Shown one piece after another: positions 1-13,029 of a stretch of DNA of 64,000 nucleotides (positions are counted from its first letter, which is position 1; every line of letters begins with the position of its first letter). Origin of the DNA: Chrysomallon squamiferum (taxonomy: Eukaryota > Animalia > Mollusca); assembly GCA_012295275.1 (NCBI GenBank), contig CM022678.1:9548001-9612000 (forward strand), written 5' to 3'. Below the pieces are notes generated by a model, which worked only from the letters and a program-made list of their open reading frames with translations, did no database searches and was not told the origin of the DNA. A program made the position numbers and the translations under genes.

Positions 1-1647
1 CACAGCTACTTTTCTTTTTACTTTTATCATAACAATTTCTCATTTAACTGTCATATACTCACACTCCCTCTATTACTTCTACTACTGCAACAACAAAATT
101 ACTATTAGTACTTCTACTACTACTACTACAACTAGTACTATGACTATAGCTAGTATTTTTCTGACTATTAGTCACACAAGATACATTATGATCACAAAGC
201 ATCACTGGCTAAAATATCACCTATTACTACAAACAAGAGCTATTATTATTAATTACTAACACTACTACAACAATGGGCTGTACTACTATTACTGCTGTTA
301 CTGTAACAACAACAACAACCTCTGCAGATGATTCTGTTTCTGCCAGGCTAGTACAGATTCTTTGATGACATTTCTGTCCTGTGGCAACCTCGCAGAATTA
401 GCTCTTCATGTGTACCCAGCAGTGTCTGTAAAACAGTAGCCTTTTATTTATTTATATATTTATTTATTTGTAGTTAGTTTCTTTACTTATTTATTTATTT
501 GCAGATATATGAAATATTTCTCTTTCTGAAGATAAACATATTTTTTATTTTTTTGAAATTACTAAATTATAAATATACTAAATTCTTAGAATCAAATTAT
601 AGTAAACACTAAGGCTAAATTAATTTTTGAACTTTCAAATCAAAATAAAATAAAGCAGATTGCATTCTGGCAAGTTCAAAACAAAACAAGAAATGGTTTT
701 TATTACTACAAATATAAGCTAAAAAGAAATTAAACAATGCTTATGGAAGTATGGAAATATGGAAGAATACTAATTTATCAGCCTATTTGTATACTACAAT
801 TACTTTACTTATTATTATGGACTCTACTTGCTAAGTTATCAAGCTATTTGTATACTACAATTACTTTACTTATTATTATAGACTCTCCTTGCTGAGTTAT
901 CAAGCTATTTGTATACTACAATTACTTTACTTATTATTATGGACTCTACTTGCTAAGTTATCAAGCTATTTGTATACTACAATTACTTTACTTATTATTA
1001 TGGACTCTCCTTGCTAAGTTATCAAGCTATTTGTATACTACAATTACTTTACTTATTATTATGGACTCTCCTTGCTAAGTTATCAAGCTATTTGTATACT
1101 ACAATTACTTTACTTATTATTATGGACTCTCCTTGCTAAGTTATCAAGCTATTTGTATACTACAATTACTTTACTTATTATTATGGACTCTACTTGGTTA
1201 TCAAGCTATTTGTATACTACAATTACTTTACTTATTATTATGGACTCTCCTTGCTAAGTTATCAAGCTATTTGTATACTACAATTACTTTACTTATTATT
1301 ATGGACTCTCTTTGCTAAGTTATCAAGCTATTTGTATACTACAATTACTTTACTTATTATTATGGACTCTCCTTGCTCTAATCTGCTTTTCTTACTTTTA
1401 TTATTGAGAATATATTACCAATAGGAAAACTAAGAAGAATGTAAATGAATCAGATTAGTTAATGTGTGAGCTTTTCATACCAGTTTTTTGATAAACTTCT
1501 CTTTCTGTTCTGCTGTCTGTGTGTGTCCCATTCTGATGTTTAGATAACAACACTTGTCTGATTTGTGATATATGTCTGAAAAAGTAAAAACAAAGATAAT
1601 TTCATTTTTTTATTGTTTTTATTAGTAACATTATTTAGCGTTATATG
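1..1647 (-). repeat. Inverted copy of 3866-5491 (third copy of part of unit A), continuing off the window start
   Basis: The start cacagctacttttctttttacttttatcat is the reverse complement of 5461-5491. The match continues through the 61-bp array and the exon at 3939-4034 and ends at about 1647/3866. Confidence 0.95.
772..1377 (+). repeat. 61-bp minisatellite, about 10 copies
   Basis: Unit ttgctaagttatcaagctatttgtatactacaattactttacttattattatggactctcc. ORF starts at 1072, 1133 and 1194 are exactly 61 bp apart. Confidence 0.97.
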
Positions 1648-1669
1648 AGCTTTTTTAAATGACGTCATT

Positions 1670-1692
1670 AGCAATGAACTGAAGTATACCAA
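1670..1692 (-). other. Probable Oxford Nanopore adapter remnant at a contig tip (artefact)
   Basis: The reverse complement ttggtatacttcagttcattgct resembles a noisy read of the ONT ligation adapter (..TACTTCGTTCAGTTACGTATTGCT). It sits immediately before the gap, after homology to 3866 has ended. Confidence 0.6.
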
Positions 1693-1892
1693 NNNNNNNN
1701 NNNNNNNNNNNNNNNNNNNNNNNNNNNNNNNNNNNNNNNNNNNNNNNNNNNNNNNNNNNNNNNNNNNNNNNNNNNNNNNNNNNNNNNNNNNNNNNNNNNN
1801 NNNNNNNNNNNNNNNNNNNNNNNNNNNNNNNNNNNNNNNNNNNNNNNNNNNNNNNNNNNNNNNNNNNNNNNNNNNNNNNNNNNNNNNNNNNN
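1693..1892. other. Scaffold gap (200 N)
   Basis: Run of exactly 200 N. Confidence 1.
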
Positions 1893-2114
1893 ACCTACGA
1901 GGACTTTCTCACAGAGCTGTTCTTCTGGTTTGAAATGATAAAACTGACAGAGACAGGACAGCTGCTGAATGACCAGGAAGCAGAAAGTAAGTTTTGTGAG
2001 AGTTTTTAATTACATTGCAAGTCCACAATTGAATTGTATCTTTTATTATGAATTTATGAAATTTGTTATTGTACTGGAAACATTGGGATTTTGTCATATT
2101 CAGTTTTAGTGTTT

Positions 2115-3145
2115 ATACTGGAGGGGTGTAGCAATACTGATATCAAAAGAATGTCTTTATAAATTTACTTTTAATAGTTGTGACACTGAAGGCAGGATTT
2201 TAAAAGTTAATACTAAAATAGATGGTGATGATGAATATACTTTTATAAGTGTATATGCACCAAATAATATTGCAGAAAATATTTTATTTTTAAATGATTA
2301 TGTAAATTTGTGGATTTTAAAAATATATTAATGACAGGAGATTTTAATGTAATTTTAGATCCTAATTTAGATTTAGGCATTAATAATAAAACTTTCAGTG
2401 TGATAAGTAGTGATGAATTACAGTCAGTTATTTATAATTATAATTTAGTTGATATTTGGTTGAAATCCAGATAAAAAACAATTTACTAGATCTAAAAATG
2501 TTGAAAAAACTAGAACAGTCAAGAATTGATTTATTTTTAATTTCTCAAAATGTATTACAGTTTATAAGTAATGCATATATATCCTATACTTCAATTAGTG
2601 ATTACAATTTTTTATCACTAGAAATAGATTTTTCTCATGAAGAGATAGGTGAAGGTATTGGGATTTTTAATAATGAATTGTTGAAAGATGAAATTTTTTG
2701 TAAAGCTCTTGTTGAAGTAATTAGTAATGCTTCTGAGTGTCCTTTGTTACAAACTGAACCTGTTGTTTGATCAAATAACTTAAAATATAAAACATTTTGC
2801 ACTAAATAAGAGAAAATTAGTCAGCGAGAAATACTGTAATATACAAAATGCTTTAAAATGAGAATATGCTAAACAAACTGTAAATAAGCATCATGATTTG
2901 AGTAACATACAAAGAAGAAAAGTTAAAATTAATTGAGAGATTAAGTGTAATGGTGTTATTTTAAGACCTAAAGCTCAATAGGACCTAGATATGGATAGAA
3001 ACATAGTGTTTTTTTTTTCTGAATTCAGAAAAATTAAAATACTAATCAAATTCTATTAAAGAACTTAAAAGAGTAAATAGATTAATTAGAAAAATGGAAG
3101 ATATATTAGAATATGCTTATGAATTTTATTCAAAATTATTTACAC
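2115..3145 (+). mobile_element. Degenerate L1/Tx1-clade LINE ORF2 fragment (APE endonuclease plus linker), intronic
   Basis: Frameshifted motifs CDTEGRILKV, FISVYAPNN, TGDFNVILDPNLD, SRIDLFLIS, ISD(Y/H), GEGI(W)IFNNELLKD, ILRPKAQ and DILEYAYEFYSKLF. Confidence 0.9.
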
Positions 3146-3244
3146 CGAAAAATATATGTACTGTTTTAATTTTAATTATTTTTGTACAAGTGTTGATTAT
3201 ATCAATAAAGTTAAAAAAGAAAGAATTTATAGCATAGGTTTGTT

Positions 3245-3745
3245 GTGTTCCAGGATCAGTCCTGCATGGAGGACTAATAATCTTATTTCCCAATCTAGCT
3301 CTTGATCTGTGCCTGATATACCTAAGAAAATATATATGTTGTTGGTTTTGGGGGGGTTTTTCTCAGAAAGACGTATACTAAAAATAGATTTTTAATGGCT
3401 TGTTTAAAAAAGATGTCACTTCCTATTGCACAAACAGCTTTTCTTTTTCATTAGCTGTATTGTTATTTACCTTTTATGATAAAGGTTCCAGGATCAGTCC
3501 TCATGGAGGACTAATAATGTTATTTCCCAATCTAGCTGCTGATGTGTGATATATCATAGTAAATGATTTTTTTTGTTTTTTTTTTTTTTTTTTTTTTGGA
3601 AAGATATATATTAGAAATATATGTTTAGTTGCTTTTCAGAAAAGGTGTCACTTCATTAGCTGTATCATTATTTACCTTTTAAGATACAAAGAAGTAGTAA
3701 AAAAACGTGGTGTATGTTCTTAAATAAAATATTTCTTCTTTATTT
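3245..3745 (+). mobile_element. Tandem pair of diverged SINE-like elements
   Basis: Two related units start gttccaggatcagtcc (about 3247 and 3485). The 3' end ttaaataaaatatttcttct resembles the gttaaataaaacatttccttcc tail of a gastropod SINE recalled from memory, not searched. Confidence 0.55.
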
Positions 3746-4137
3746 CAGATTTGTTGCATTTTAAAAGAATTTGTGTTTATCAATAATCATGTTATAATGA
3801 CATATGTTTAAAAGATACTGATTTTTCATAAACATTCATTTGTATCAGTAAATGGCATTTATATACATATAACACTAAATAATGTTACTAATAAAAACAA
3901 TAAAAAAAATGAAATTATCTTTGTTTTTACTTTTTCAGACATATATCACAAATCAGACAAGTGTTGTTATCTAAACATCAGAATGGGACACACACAGACA
4001 GCAGAACAGAAAGAGAAGTTTATAAAAAAAACTGGTATGAAAAACTCACACATTAACTAATCTGATTCATTTACATTCTTCTTAGTTTTTCTATTGGTAA
4101 TATATTCTCAATAATAAAAGTAAGAAAAGCAGATTAG

Positions 4138-4720
4138 AGCAAGGAGAGTCTATAATAATAAGTAAAGTAATTGTAGTATACAAATAGCTTGATAACTTAG
4201 CAAGGAGAGTCTATAATAATAAGTAAAGTAATTGTAGTATACAAATAGCTTGATAACTTAGCAAAGAGAGTCATAATAATAAGTAAAGTAATTGTAGTAT
4301 ACAAATAGCTTGATAACTTAGCAAAGAGAGTCCATAATAATAAGTAAAGTAATTGTAGTATACAAATAGCTTGATAAATAAGTAGATAATAAGTAAAGTA
4401 ATTGTAGTATACAAATAGCTTGATAACTTAGCAAGGAGAGTCCATAATAATAAGTAAAGTAATTGTAGTATACAAATAGCTTGATAACTTAGCAAGGAGA
4501 GTCCATAATAATAAGTAAAGTAATTGTAGTATACAAATAGTATACAAATAGTAAGGAGAGTCTATAATAATAAGTAAAGTAATTGAGTATACAATATAAT
4601 AATAAGTCCATAATAATAAGTAAAGTAATTGTAGTATACAAATAGCTTGATAATTTAGCAAATGAGAGTCCATAATAATAAGTAAAGTAATTGTAGTATA
4701 CAAATAGGCTGATAAATTAG
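4138..4720 (-). repeat. 61-bp minisatellite, about 9 copies with several degenerate units
   Basis: Reverse complement of the 772-1377 unit. Confidence 0.95.
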
Positions 4721-5797
4721 TATTCTTCCATATTTCCATACTTCCATAAGCATTGTTTAATTTCATTTTAGCTTATATTTGTAGTAATAAAAACCATTTC
4801 TTGTTTTGTTTTGAACTTGCCAGAATGCAATCTGCTTTATTTTATTTTGATTTGAAAGTTCAAAAATTAATTTAGCCTTAGTGTTTACTATAATTTGATG
4901 ATTCTAAGAATTTAGTATATTGATAATTTAGTAATTTCAAAAAAAAACAAATATGTTTATCTTCAGAAAGAGAAATATTTCATATATCTGCAAATAAATA
5001 AATAAGTAAAGAAACTAACTACAAATAAATAAATATATAAATAAATAAAAGGCTACTGTTTTACAGACACTGCTGGGTACACATGAAGAGCTAATTCTGC
5101 GAGGTTGCCACAGGACAGAAATGTCATCAAAGAATCTGTACTAACCTGGCAGAAACAGAAGCATCTGCAGAGGTTGTTGTTGTTGTTACAGTAATAGCAG
5201 TAATAGTAGTACAGCCCATTGTTGTATTAGTGTTAGTAATTAATAATAATAGCTCTTGTTTGTAGTAATAGGTGATATTTTAGCCAGTGATGCTTTGTGA
5301 TCATAATGTATCTTGTGTGACTAATAGTCAGAAAAATACTAGCTGTAGTCATAGTACTAGTTGTAGTAGTAGTAGTAGAAGTACTAATAGTAATTTTGTT
5401 GTTGCAGTAGTAGAAGTAATAGAGGGAGTGTGAGTATATGACAGTTAAATGAGAAATTGTTATGATAAAAGTAAAAAGAAAAGTAGCTGTGGCAACAGGA
5501 GCAGTAGTTGTAGTAGTAGTAGTTGTTGTTTTTTGTTGTAGTAATTTTAACAATAACAGTATAAAATAATAGATATCTTACTTGAATTGGGGGAAAAAGA
5601 AAGAAAAGAGATTAATACTTTGTTTAATATTTTTTATTTTTTTTTATTTTTTTTTATTTAATATTTGATTTGTTTTTTTTATTTATTTAATATTTGATTT
5701 ATTTAACATTTGGTTTGTTTGTTTATTTATTTAATATTTGATTTATTTTATTTTATTTTGATTGATTGATTTTTTATTTATTTATTTATCTGCTCAG

Positions 5798-6241
5798 ATG
5801 AGGCACCCACCAATCAGAATCAGACCAGTGAGTTGTCCACTTTCTTGGTTAATGTCGAGTCAAAGTTTTGCCGATGATCAGCTCAATGTTGGTGACCTTG
5901 AGCCCCACAGACACTGCAGCCGACCATGTTGAACTACAACGATTCTGACAGCATGAAGTTGAAGAGTGTCACACCAGGTGACCAACCTCAACAGTCGAAT
6001 GTCAGTGATCATGGAGAAAAACTTGAACCTTTAATGTTAGCTGAGCTAAAACCAGCCAAAGAAAAACACTTAAATCATTCAAAAGCAGAGGAAAGAGACG
6101 AGACTCCCAGAAAGAGGACAACATCTCCAACAAAGCCCAGGAAACCTCCTCAAACATCACCCATCACAGCTGATGTATTTCCAGTCAAGGGGAGATAACT
6201 GGAAGCCACTGTTTCTCTGAATCTCAACACCAGATGAACAA
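5798..6241 (+). pseudogene. Large relic coding exon of a disordered Pro/Lys/Thr-rich protein (contains the 90-aa ORF 5926-6198)
   Basis: Acceptor tgctcag and donor gtaagt. Protein-like segments in successive frames (DEAPTNQNQTSELST / FADDQLNVGDLEP / MLNYNDSDSMKLK..PRKPPQTSPITAD). The same lesions occur in the copy at 56577-57020. Confidence 0.6.
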
Positions 6242-6382
6242 GTAAGTGTGATTTCAGTGTCTGATACTCCACTAACACAAGGATAACTGAAAATTATGTA
6301 GGTGAAGGTCACAGTGAGGGTGATGGTAAAGGACATATGCCATTTTACATTAACCTTGATGTTTACATTAATCCTAAGAAAC

Positions 6383-6570
6383 AGAATTCAGAAAACACTT
6401 TGATCAGAAGACAGTAGTGGTAACAGATTGTTCTTAATGAGGACAGACTTGGACATTATACAAACACAACAACAAAACATATTTTTGATAGTATTTTATT
6501 GAATAAACTTCTTCCAGGAGTCTTTGTATTAGCAGACTGAGTCTGACATTGCTGTGTGTGTAAATGAACA
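6383..6570 (+). mobile_element. Internally deleted PIF/Harbinger (ISL2EU-like) transposase relic
   Basis: EFRKHFDQKTVVV, QTWT.YKHNNK and LLPGVFVLAD remnants. This is a shorter version of 57163-57630. Confidence 0.75.
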
Positions 6571-8114
6571 AATCTCTAAAATTTCAAATAATAGAGAGAT
6601 AATTGTCTTATATTCAGGAAATTTTATATTTTTTTTATTGTTAAGAGTTTTATTTAAATATTTAAAGTAGAGAAATATATAATTAGATAAAAGTTTTTAA
6701 CTATAACCATTTATTGTATTTTTATGCATGTATTTTGTTATATGCTTATACAACTCAGTTTTTTCTATGTTCAGTATTTCAGAAACTGTGACTGCTTGTT
6801 GCTGAAAGTGGAAATCCTTCTTCAGCATTTTGATCTGCTGTTGGTGATGTGATGTCACCTGCATTTTCACTGGATTCAGAGGTTAGTTGTTTTTTTTTTT
6901 TTATTTAGTTTATAAGAATGACAATCCTTAAGTATCACAGATATATGGTTTATTTTAATTATAAATGTTGTTTGATATAAAATTTAGCTTCAAAGAATGA
7001 TCAGATACAATATTCTTTTTCTTTTCATAGATGCCAAAATTTTGTTTTATCAAGAACCTGTGAGGATTATCTGAAAAACAGCTGAAACCACTTTCCTCTG
7101 GTATGTAGCAAAAGTGTTATTTCTCTGTAACATTTGTAAGGAATTTAAAGTGTTTATGCAATAATTAAGTAGCCTAAAATTGTCAAGGATTGGGGAAAAT
7201 AATGAAAAATTAAAAGACAAAATCATGAAAAAAGCTTTATTATTAGACAGGGTCCTTCGTTAAATGGATTATTTATTTATTTATGATTTCAGTTTATTGT
7301 TTTTCTTCTTACTGTCATCATTATTATCATTAATATAATTTATTTATCTGTTTTAATCATCATTATTGTTATTTTTATTTTGTTATTGTTATTATTATAA
7401 ACATTTGTTTTATGACTTCTGTGATGATAGCTAAATGTGATTGTTTTTTAAATTTCAGTATATCACATATTTTTGTAATTTCACACAGTTCTCTGGTGTG
7501 AGACACTACAAGTCTACCTGACTGTGAAGATTTCTGGTGAAACATTGGCTGACTACAATCTGAACAAACTGGAGGAAGGATCCCAGCTCTGTTATAAAAT
7601 CTTCATTTACATCAGGTACTGCCCTTTTTGTTACACCTTGTTGTATTTGATTTAGATTCTTGAGAAAAATGGTTTTAATGTTATTCTATTGACAAAGATA
7701 ACAGTCAGTAACAGTAAAATGATAGCAGCAATTCATCTGGTGACACAACATTTATGAATGTTGTATTTTGGAAATACAGATTTTTAAAATAGTTTTAAAA
7801 TAAAATATTATAAATGGCTATTCATTTTTTTTATTTTTTTTTTTATTCTTATTATCTCATTTAAAAGTGTATACATGTCCAAGCAAAGAATTAGTTTTTA
7901 ATTGTGTTCTTGGTTTTCAAAAAAAAAATTGAATTTTCTAAATTATAATATATTGGGTTTTAGAGTCAACTGTTAATTGAGATATTTCACATTCCACTGT
8001 GCATGTGCCCATTGTAAAAAAAAATTCAAGGATGCAAATTATTTTTGAGTGTTTAGGCAAAACAGTCATTTTACTTTTAAATTGGTGGACAAAACCAATC
8101 ATTCTGTAATGGGA

Positions 8115-8880
8115 AATAACCATTGTTCAGTTATTAACTGTTCCAATTGCAGACATCTGAGAAATTTGTTATCCTTCTATCAATATCAGGAACATTTGTG
8201 GGTAATCACTATACATAGAAATGGTAAAAAGATTTTAATGTTACTGAAAACACGAGGGTTTGTTCAGCATATTTTGTAGGTGGGAAGAAGTGAACTCAAC
8301 CCACCCTGAAATTAGATGGGAAATTGTAACAAAGGATAACAAAACAAATGAAATTAAAACATGGTTCAGATAACAACAAACAATAATTTTGTTATGTTCT
8401 TAATTATTCAGTCTACTGCAACTAGTTGAGGTGTTTGTTGCTTGGAGTCACAAATACTGTGTAGGGGTTGTACAAGTATGTAGGTGTTTATGTATATAGA
8501 GAACACACTATACTGAGACCTTTTTAGCCATCGATTCAAAGTTAACAAAAATAATAACATCATTTTTAAATTGTGGACATAAAAGCTTTGTACATATCCA
8601 TCCTAGAAATTTTTAAAATCATTTTGAAATCAGGTTTTACAAAATCCTAGGGTACAACTTGCAGAGACTTTTATCCAAGTTGTTGCACTGCAGATTTTAA
8701 TATGAACCATTCTGTTGTAGATTTTTCAGACCCTTTTTTAATGGCCCATCCACCATCTAATTGAAAACATGTAGATGTTAGTTGTCAAAGTTTTCCTCTC
8801 ATTCCTCAATACCTCATGTCACCCAAAGAACCTGTCAAAAGAGTGCTAATTTTTTCCAAACTAAGTTTCAGTCTGTTTTG
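8115..8880 (+). mobile_element. THAP-domain transposase relic (THAP clear; the following DDE part very decayed)
   Basis: HCSVINCSN..LLSFYQ..W....RNGK..RVCSAYFVGG..PTL fits the THAP C2CH pattern. Faint VFVAW and SGF motifs follow. Confidence 0.7.
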
Positions 8881-9910
8881 TCAAAGGATATTACTCTTTT
8901 TAGTAAAAAAAAATTTTGTACATTTTAGGAATGAATGAGATAATATTTTAAATTTTGTAAAGCTGAAAATGTTGAAGCATTAATATGAGATTATTTTATG
9001 TATAAGGAAATGTTTTAATGTATGATTAAAGAATACAGAAAAATACAGCTAAAGACTTTTAATAGTGGTGATGTCTTTTCTTCTCAACCAAGATCTCCTT
9101 TTATAATTTTATGTTTTTATGTTGTTTAATGAGTATTAAATTACTTCTGCTGAATCAGGTATTTCTAGTTTAATGCATTCAGTCAAAGATTGATATTAAA
9201 ATTAAAATAAACTGTTGTACAAAAACAAAACAGATACTGTCTTCAAACATCAAGACATTCTTTACTGAACCTATTAATATGGAATAGTTGTTGGTATGGA
9301 AAATGCTTAAATGATAATCATTATTATTTAATTGTGTTTTACAAGAATCTCATTATGGAAAGTTGGAATGTTCAATCACTAATATCTTGGGAACAATATT
9401 TTAGATTTTTATATAATTTTCACTGCTAAGACAAAGCTCATCTAGAAAAGTTAAAAAATCAAAATGTAAACTTTATGACAAGCAACCCATTTTGTGCTGG
9501 ATGGTCACAAATAAATGTTTGTTTTCTACAGCAGAATCTAAAAACAGATATTTTGTTGCAGGTGTGTGAGTGTGTGTATATGAGTGTGTGTGTGTGTGTG
9601 TGTGTGTGAATTTGAAGTTTATTTTACTGTTAATATTTACAGGTGTCACTGTTGGTGTAGCTGCTCAGTGTAGTTTTTGTACAACTTTGACACATGAGAT
9701 CTCACAAGAGAAACTTTGACTGGTAGAGTGTTGATGGAAGAACTCATCAACAGGTTGCAGATAACAGAATCCAGCAGACTGTTAGTATTTCACACACACA
9801 CATGGTTCATGCAGTCTGGTGATATGTGAAATAATCACTGTTTTCTACTAAAGTTAGTCTACATTTGTTTTTATTTTTATATTATCACTTGGAAGTACAT
9901 TTTGCCTCCA

Positions 9911-10208
9911 TTTTTATTCAGTGACCATGTGACCACATTTTGCAATAGGCTAGTGGACTTCAGTTATTTCCCTTAAATAAAATGTATTAATAATTCACTG
10001 GGAGGTAAAGTATTTTATTGGTGTTCTCAAGTGTCTGAATAATTGAATTACAAACAAAAATAATGCTTCCAAATTTTCCAGTTACATCAATTTTAGACAT
10101 TTCCTTTTTACACTGTTCAGTTAATTGATAGAGGTTTGTGGTTGTCACCAAGTACTGCATTTGAAGACTGGTTACCACTAGCTGGTCACATGGAAGATCA
10201 TGAATAGC
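9911..10208. mobile_element. Putative MITE present in copy 1 only
   Basis: Imperfect terminal inverted repeats tattcagtgaccatgtgacca / tggtcacatggaagatcatgaata. About 9874-10208 is absent from copy 2 at about 61480. Confidence 0.5.
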
Positions 10209-11288
10209 TACATAAATTCATTGTTTTACTGTTGATTAGAGATTGACAATAAACCACAGTTGTTTGTTTTTAAATAAAATAAACTCAGATGGATTATGAT
10301 AGATAACAGTACATAATTACCTCTACAGTAAAGATTACAATTTACAAACCTAAGGAACCTAGGATCTGAGACTTGAAAAATACAGGTTCCACTGACTTGA
10401 AATGAAGACTTTTTAATGTGGTCTTTTAGACAACAAGTTTAATTAATTTTTACTTCTTTGATTCAGGTATTTAGAAGTTTATCATCCTCAATGAAAAATT
10501 TATTGAATTTCTTTTAAAAAGTCTGTCTGTCACAAAAACAGAATGATGTAACTGTGGAAACATCAGGATTTTTACTGATTTTTATATAATTTTTTTAAAA
10601 AAAAAGAAAGCTCATTTGGAAAAGAACAATAGTGGAACATGATGCTGCTTTATATTATCAATCAAACTGATGCATAATGTAGATAAGGAAGTTTTGAAGC
10701 AGTAAATTAATATTAGTCCTAACAGTAAAAAGTCTACAAGCCTTAATCTGAATCCTTCACGTAAGAGAATTGTTGGATCAAGAAAGTCATTTTTTGCTGG
10801 CATGATCTATGTTTGTAGATGCTCAATTAATAAATTAACTCTCTCTGTCTGTATGTATGTATATTTAATGTGTGTATGTTAGTGCATGCCTCTGATTGAA
10901 GTATTTATGTGAAACAACCTGACATCATTGATGTTAATGATATATTTATTTTGTTGCTGTTTCAGTATTTTATTAAAAATATTTAAAATAATTTTAAATG
11001 TTAAAACAAAAATTATATTTAAATTATTTTTCAAAAATTATTTCTTTCTGAATTAATTCTTCTCCTTCCATCATCATGTTACAAGATTACAGGTATTCTT
11101 GACAGTTAAATATTCAAAAATTTAAAACAGTACAATTTTTTCATGTTATTATAATATTATTATTTTACTGTTTATTGTAATAAAAGTTATTATTATGATT
11201 AATATTAGAACAGTAAACTATTATTATTGTAATTACTATTCTTGTTGCTAATATCACAATTATTACTGTTGTTGTTGTTGTTCTTCTT

Positions 11289-11319
<31 letters not shown>

Positions 11320-12480
11320 TTATTATTATTATTATTATTTATAGGATGGTTTGATGGAGTTCAGTGCACAGACATATGAAAGCAGAAATGAAAATCTATG
11401 GCCAAGTTTGATGAAGATTTGAGTTTTTGCTATCAAAGTTTTGTCAGTTGATGCCAGACTGATTCAGAAATCATGAAACAGAAGCTGGATTCAGTTCTGC
11501 CTCTTTTTTCAGTCAGTCACAGCAGTGAGAAAAATGTTTGACCAGACACAGCACCAAGTACAGTCAAGTCTGCAGCAGTCTTAAACAAGAACAAATATTT
11601 CAAATATACTAATGAGTGAGAAAAATAAAAACATTCAGACAATACATGATAGGGAAAATGATGATGATTTCAAAGTGTATTTCAAACAGTGGTGAAAAAT
11701 ATGACATTAATTCTTATGATACAAATTTGAAAAGACGATGAATATTATTGATCTTAGAAATCATTGATTACTTGGCTAAAAAATAATAAAAAATGTTTTA
11801 TAATAAAATGTGTTTATTTCAAGGAAGATGTTTTATTTTTTTTTTTTAATTATTATTATTTTTAAATATATCTCTTGTATCGAGCTTTATTTTATTTTTA
11901 TTTGTTTTGAAAGAATAATCTACTTAGTCATATAACCCAAATATAAAATACCAAGACTTGTAAAGATTTACCCAATAAAAGTATGTTAATAAAATACAAA
12001 ATGGAAGGAAATGTGTAAACCTACATATGCATGTATTTGTTGTTTCGAAGATAAAATCAGAAATTAGAAATTTATTTAATTAGTAATTTGCAGGTTACTT
12101 TATCTGTCAAATTATATATCAATTTAAAACATTTTTTATAAAATAAAGTCTTAGTATTCTTTTTTATTTGTTGTTGTATATTTTATTAAGATAGTTTTAC
12201 TGGATAAATCAGAAATCTTATTATTTTTAGAAGTTTTTTCTAAAATTATATTTTTCATATAAAAACGTATTTTTGTTGAAATAAATATTACAAATTATTT
12301 TGTTTCCAGTTATAAAATTTAGCAAGCATTATCATAATGGAGAAACAAATTTCAATTGATGAGGATAATTTTTATTTATCTTGTTTTGATTATATTAACC
12401 CAAATAACGTACTTAATAATCATAATTTTTTCTTTTACAATTATATTAAGTAAATCTATTTATAAACACTAAGTTAAAGG

Positions 12481-12715
12481 ATTATCGGTTGGTTAACGGA
12501 ACAAGTTATTATAGGAGATAACTCTGTAGCTAATTGTTTGCTATTGTTTTTCCTTTTTAATTCCACCTTTAATTGGCTAAAGAGAAGCCAACGAAAACAT
12601 TTAGCGAAAGTTTTGAGCGTTACCTAAAATATTATCGGTTGGTTAACGGAACTAGTTATCATGGAAGATAACTCTATAACCCTGTATTTCCTATTGTTTT
12701 TCGTTTTCAATTCCG
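12481..12715 (+). repeat. 150-bp-period dimer with CpG-containing motif attatcggttggttaacggaac..agataactct
   Basis: Units start at 12481 and 12631, immediately after the duplication breakpoint. Confidence 0.85.
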
Positions 12716-12945
12716 GTAGGATTACTTACCCAGAATAAAAAATAAATAAGAATAAAAAAAATAAAAGAAATAAAGAAATAAAGGAAAAAATACTAAAAAG
12801 GAAAGTTGAACACCTGCATATTTTATAGAGGAAGGTCATTGATTTTGTTATTTTTGTCACACGCTAAACTTTACTCCCTGTCATTTCATGTTGCTTTCCT
12901 TTAATTTTTGTTTCTTTTGAAAAATGCAAGCGTATAATACTATAA

Positions 12946-12986
<41 letters not shown>

Positions 12987-13029
12987 ATTCCATTTTTGTC
13001 AAGGTTTGTTTGAAAATGTCTTACCAGCT

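Larger units (their letters stand above)
1893..11615 (+). ncRNA. Unit A copy 1: chain of spliced exons without a continuous ORF (lncRNA or transcribed pseudogene), 5' end cut by the gap
   Basis: Exons with pyrimidine tract+AG and GT donors: ..1986, 3939-4034, 5067-5172, 5798-6241, 6783-6881, 7031-7100, 7489-7615, 9643-9780, 11345-11615. Stops and frameshifts are shared with copy 2. Confidence 0.6.
1893..12460 (+). repeat. Segmental duplication copy 1 (partner 52840-62846)
   Basis: Colinear high identity from acctacgagga (1893/52840) to acaattatattaagtaaat (about 12455/62842). There are several large indels, and the flanks differ beyond the breakpoint. Confidence 0.95.

Noticed and set aside
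772-1377. 61-bp and 23-bp (32467-33048) arrays as CRISPR
   Set aside because: The units are head to tail with no unique spacers, there are no cas genes, and the context is eukaryotic.
1072-1424. ORFs in the 61-bp arrays (also 4271-4766) and the 23-bp array (32699-33058)
   Set aside because: They are translations of tandem repeats with no splice or domain support.
5926-6198. 90-aa ORF (and 56705-56977) as a stand-alone gene
   Set aside because: It lies inside an internal exon, and protein-like sequence continues in other frames on both sides. Its presence in both copies is explained by recent duplication.
12430-12480. Helitron 3' terminus at the duplication breakpoint (also about 62846)
   Set aside because: No GC-rich hairpin followed by CTRR is shared by the two copies, and no TSD or TIR is seen. 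The 5' boundary is hidden by the gap.
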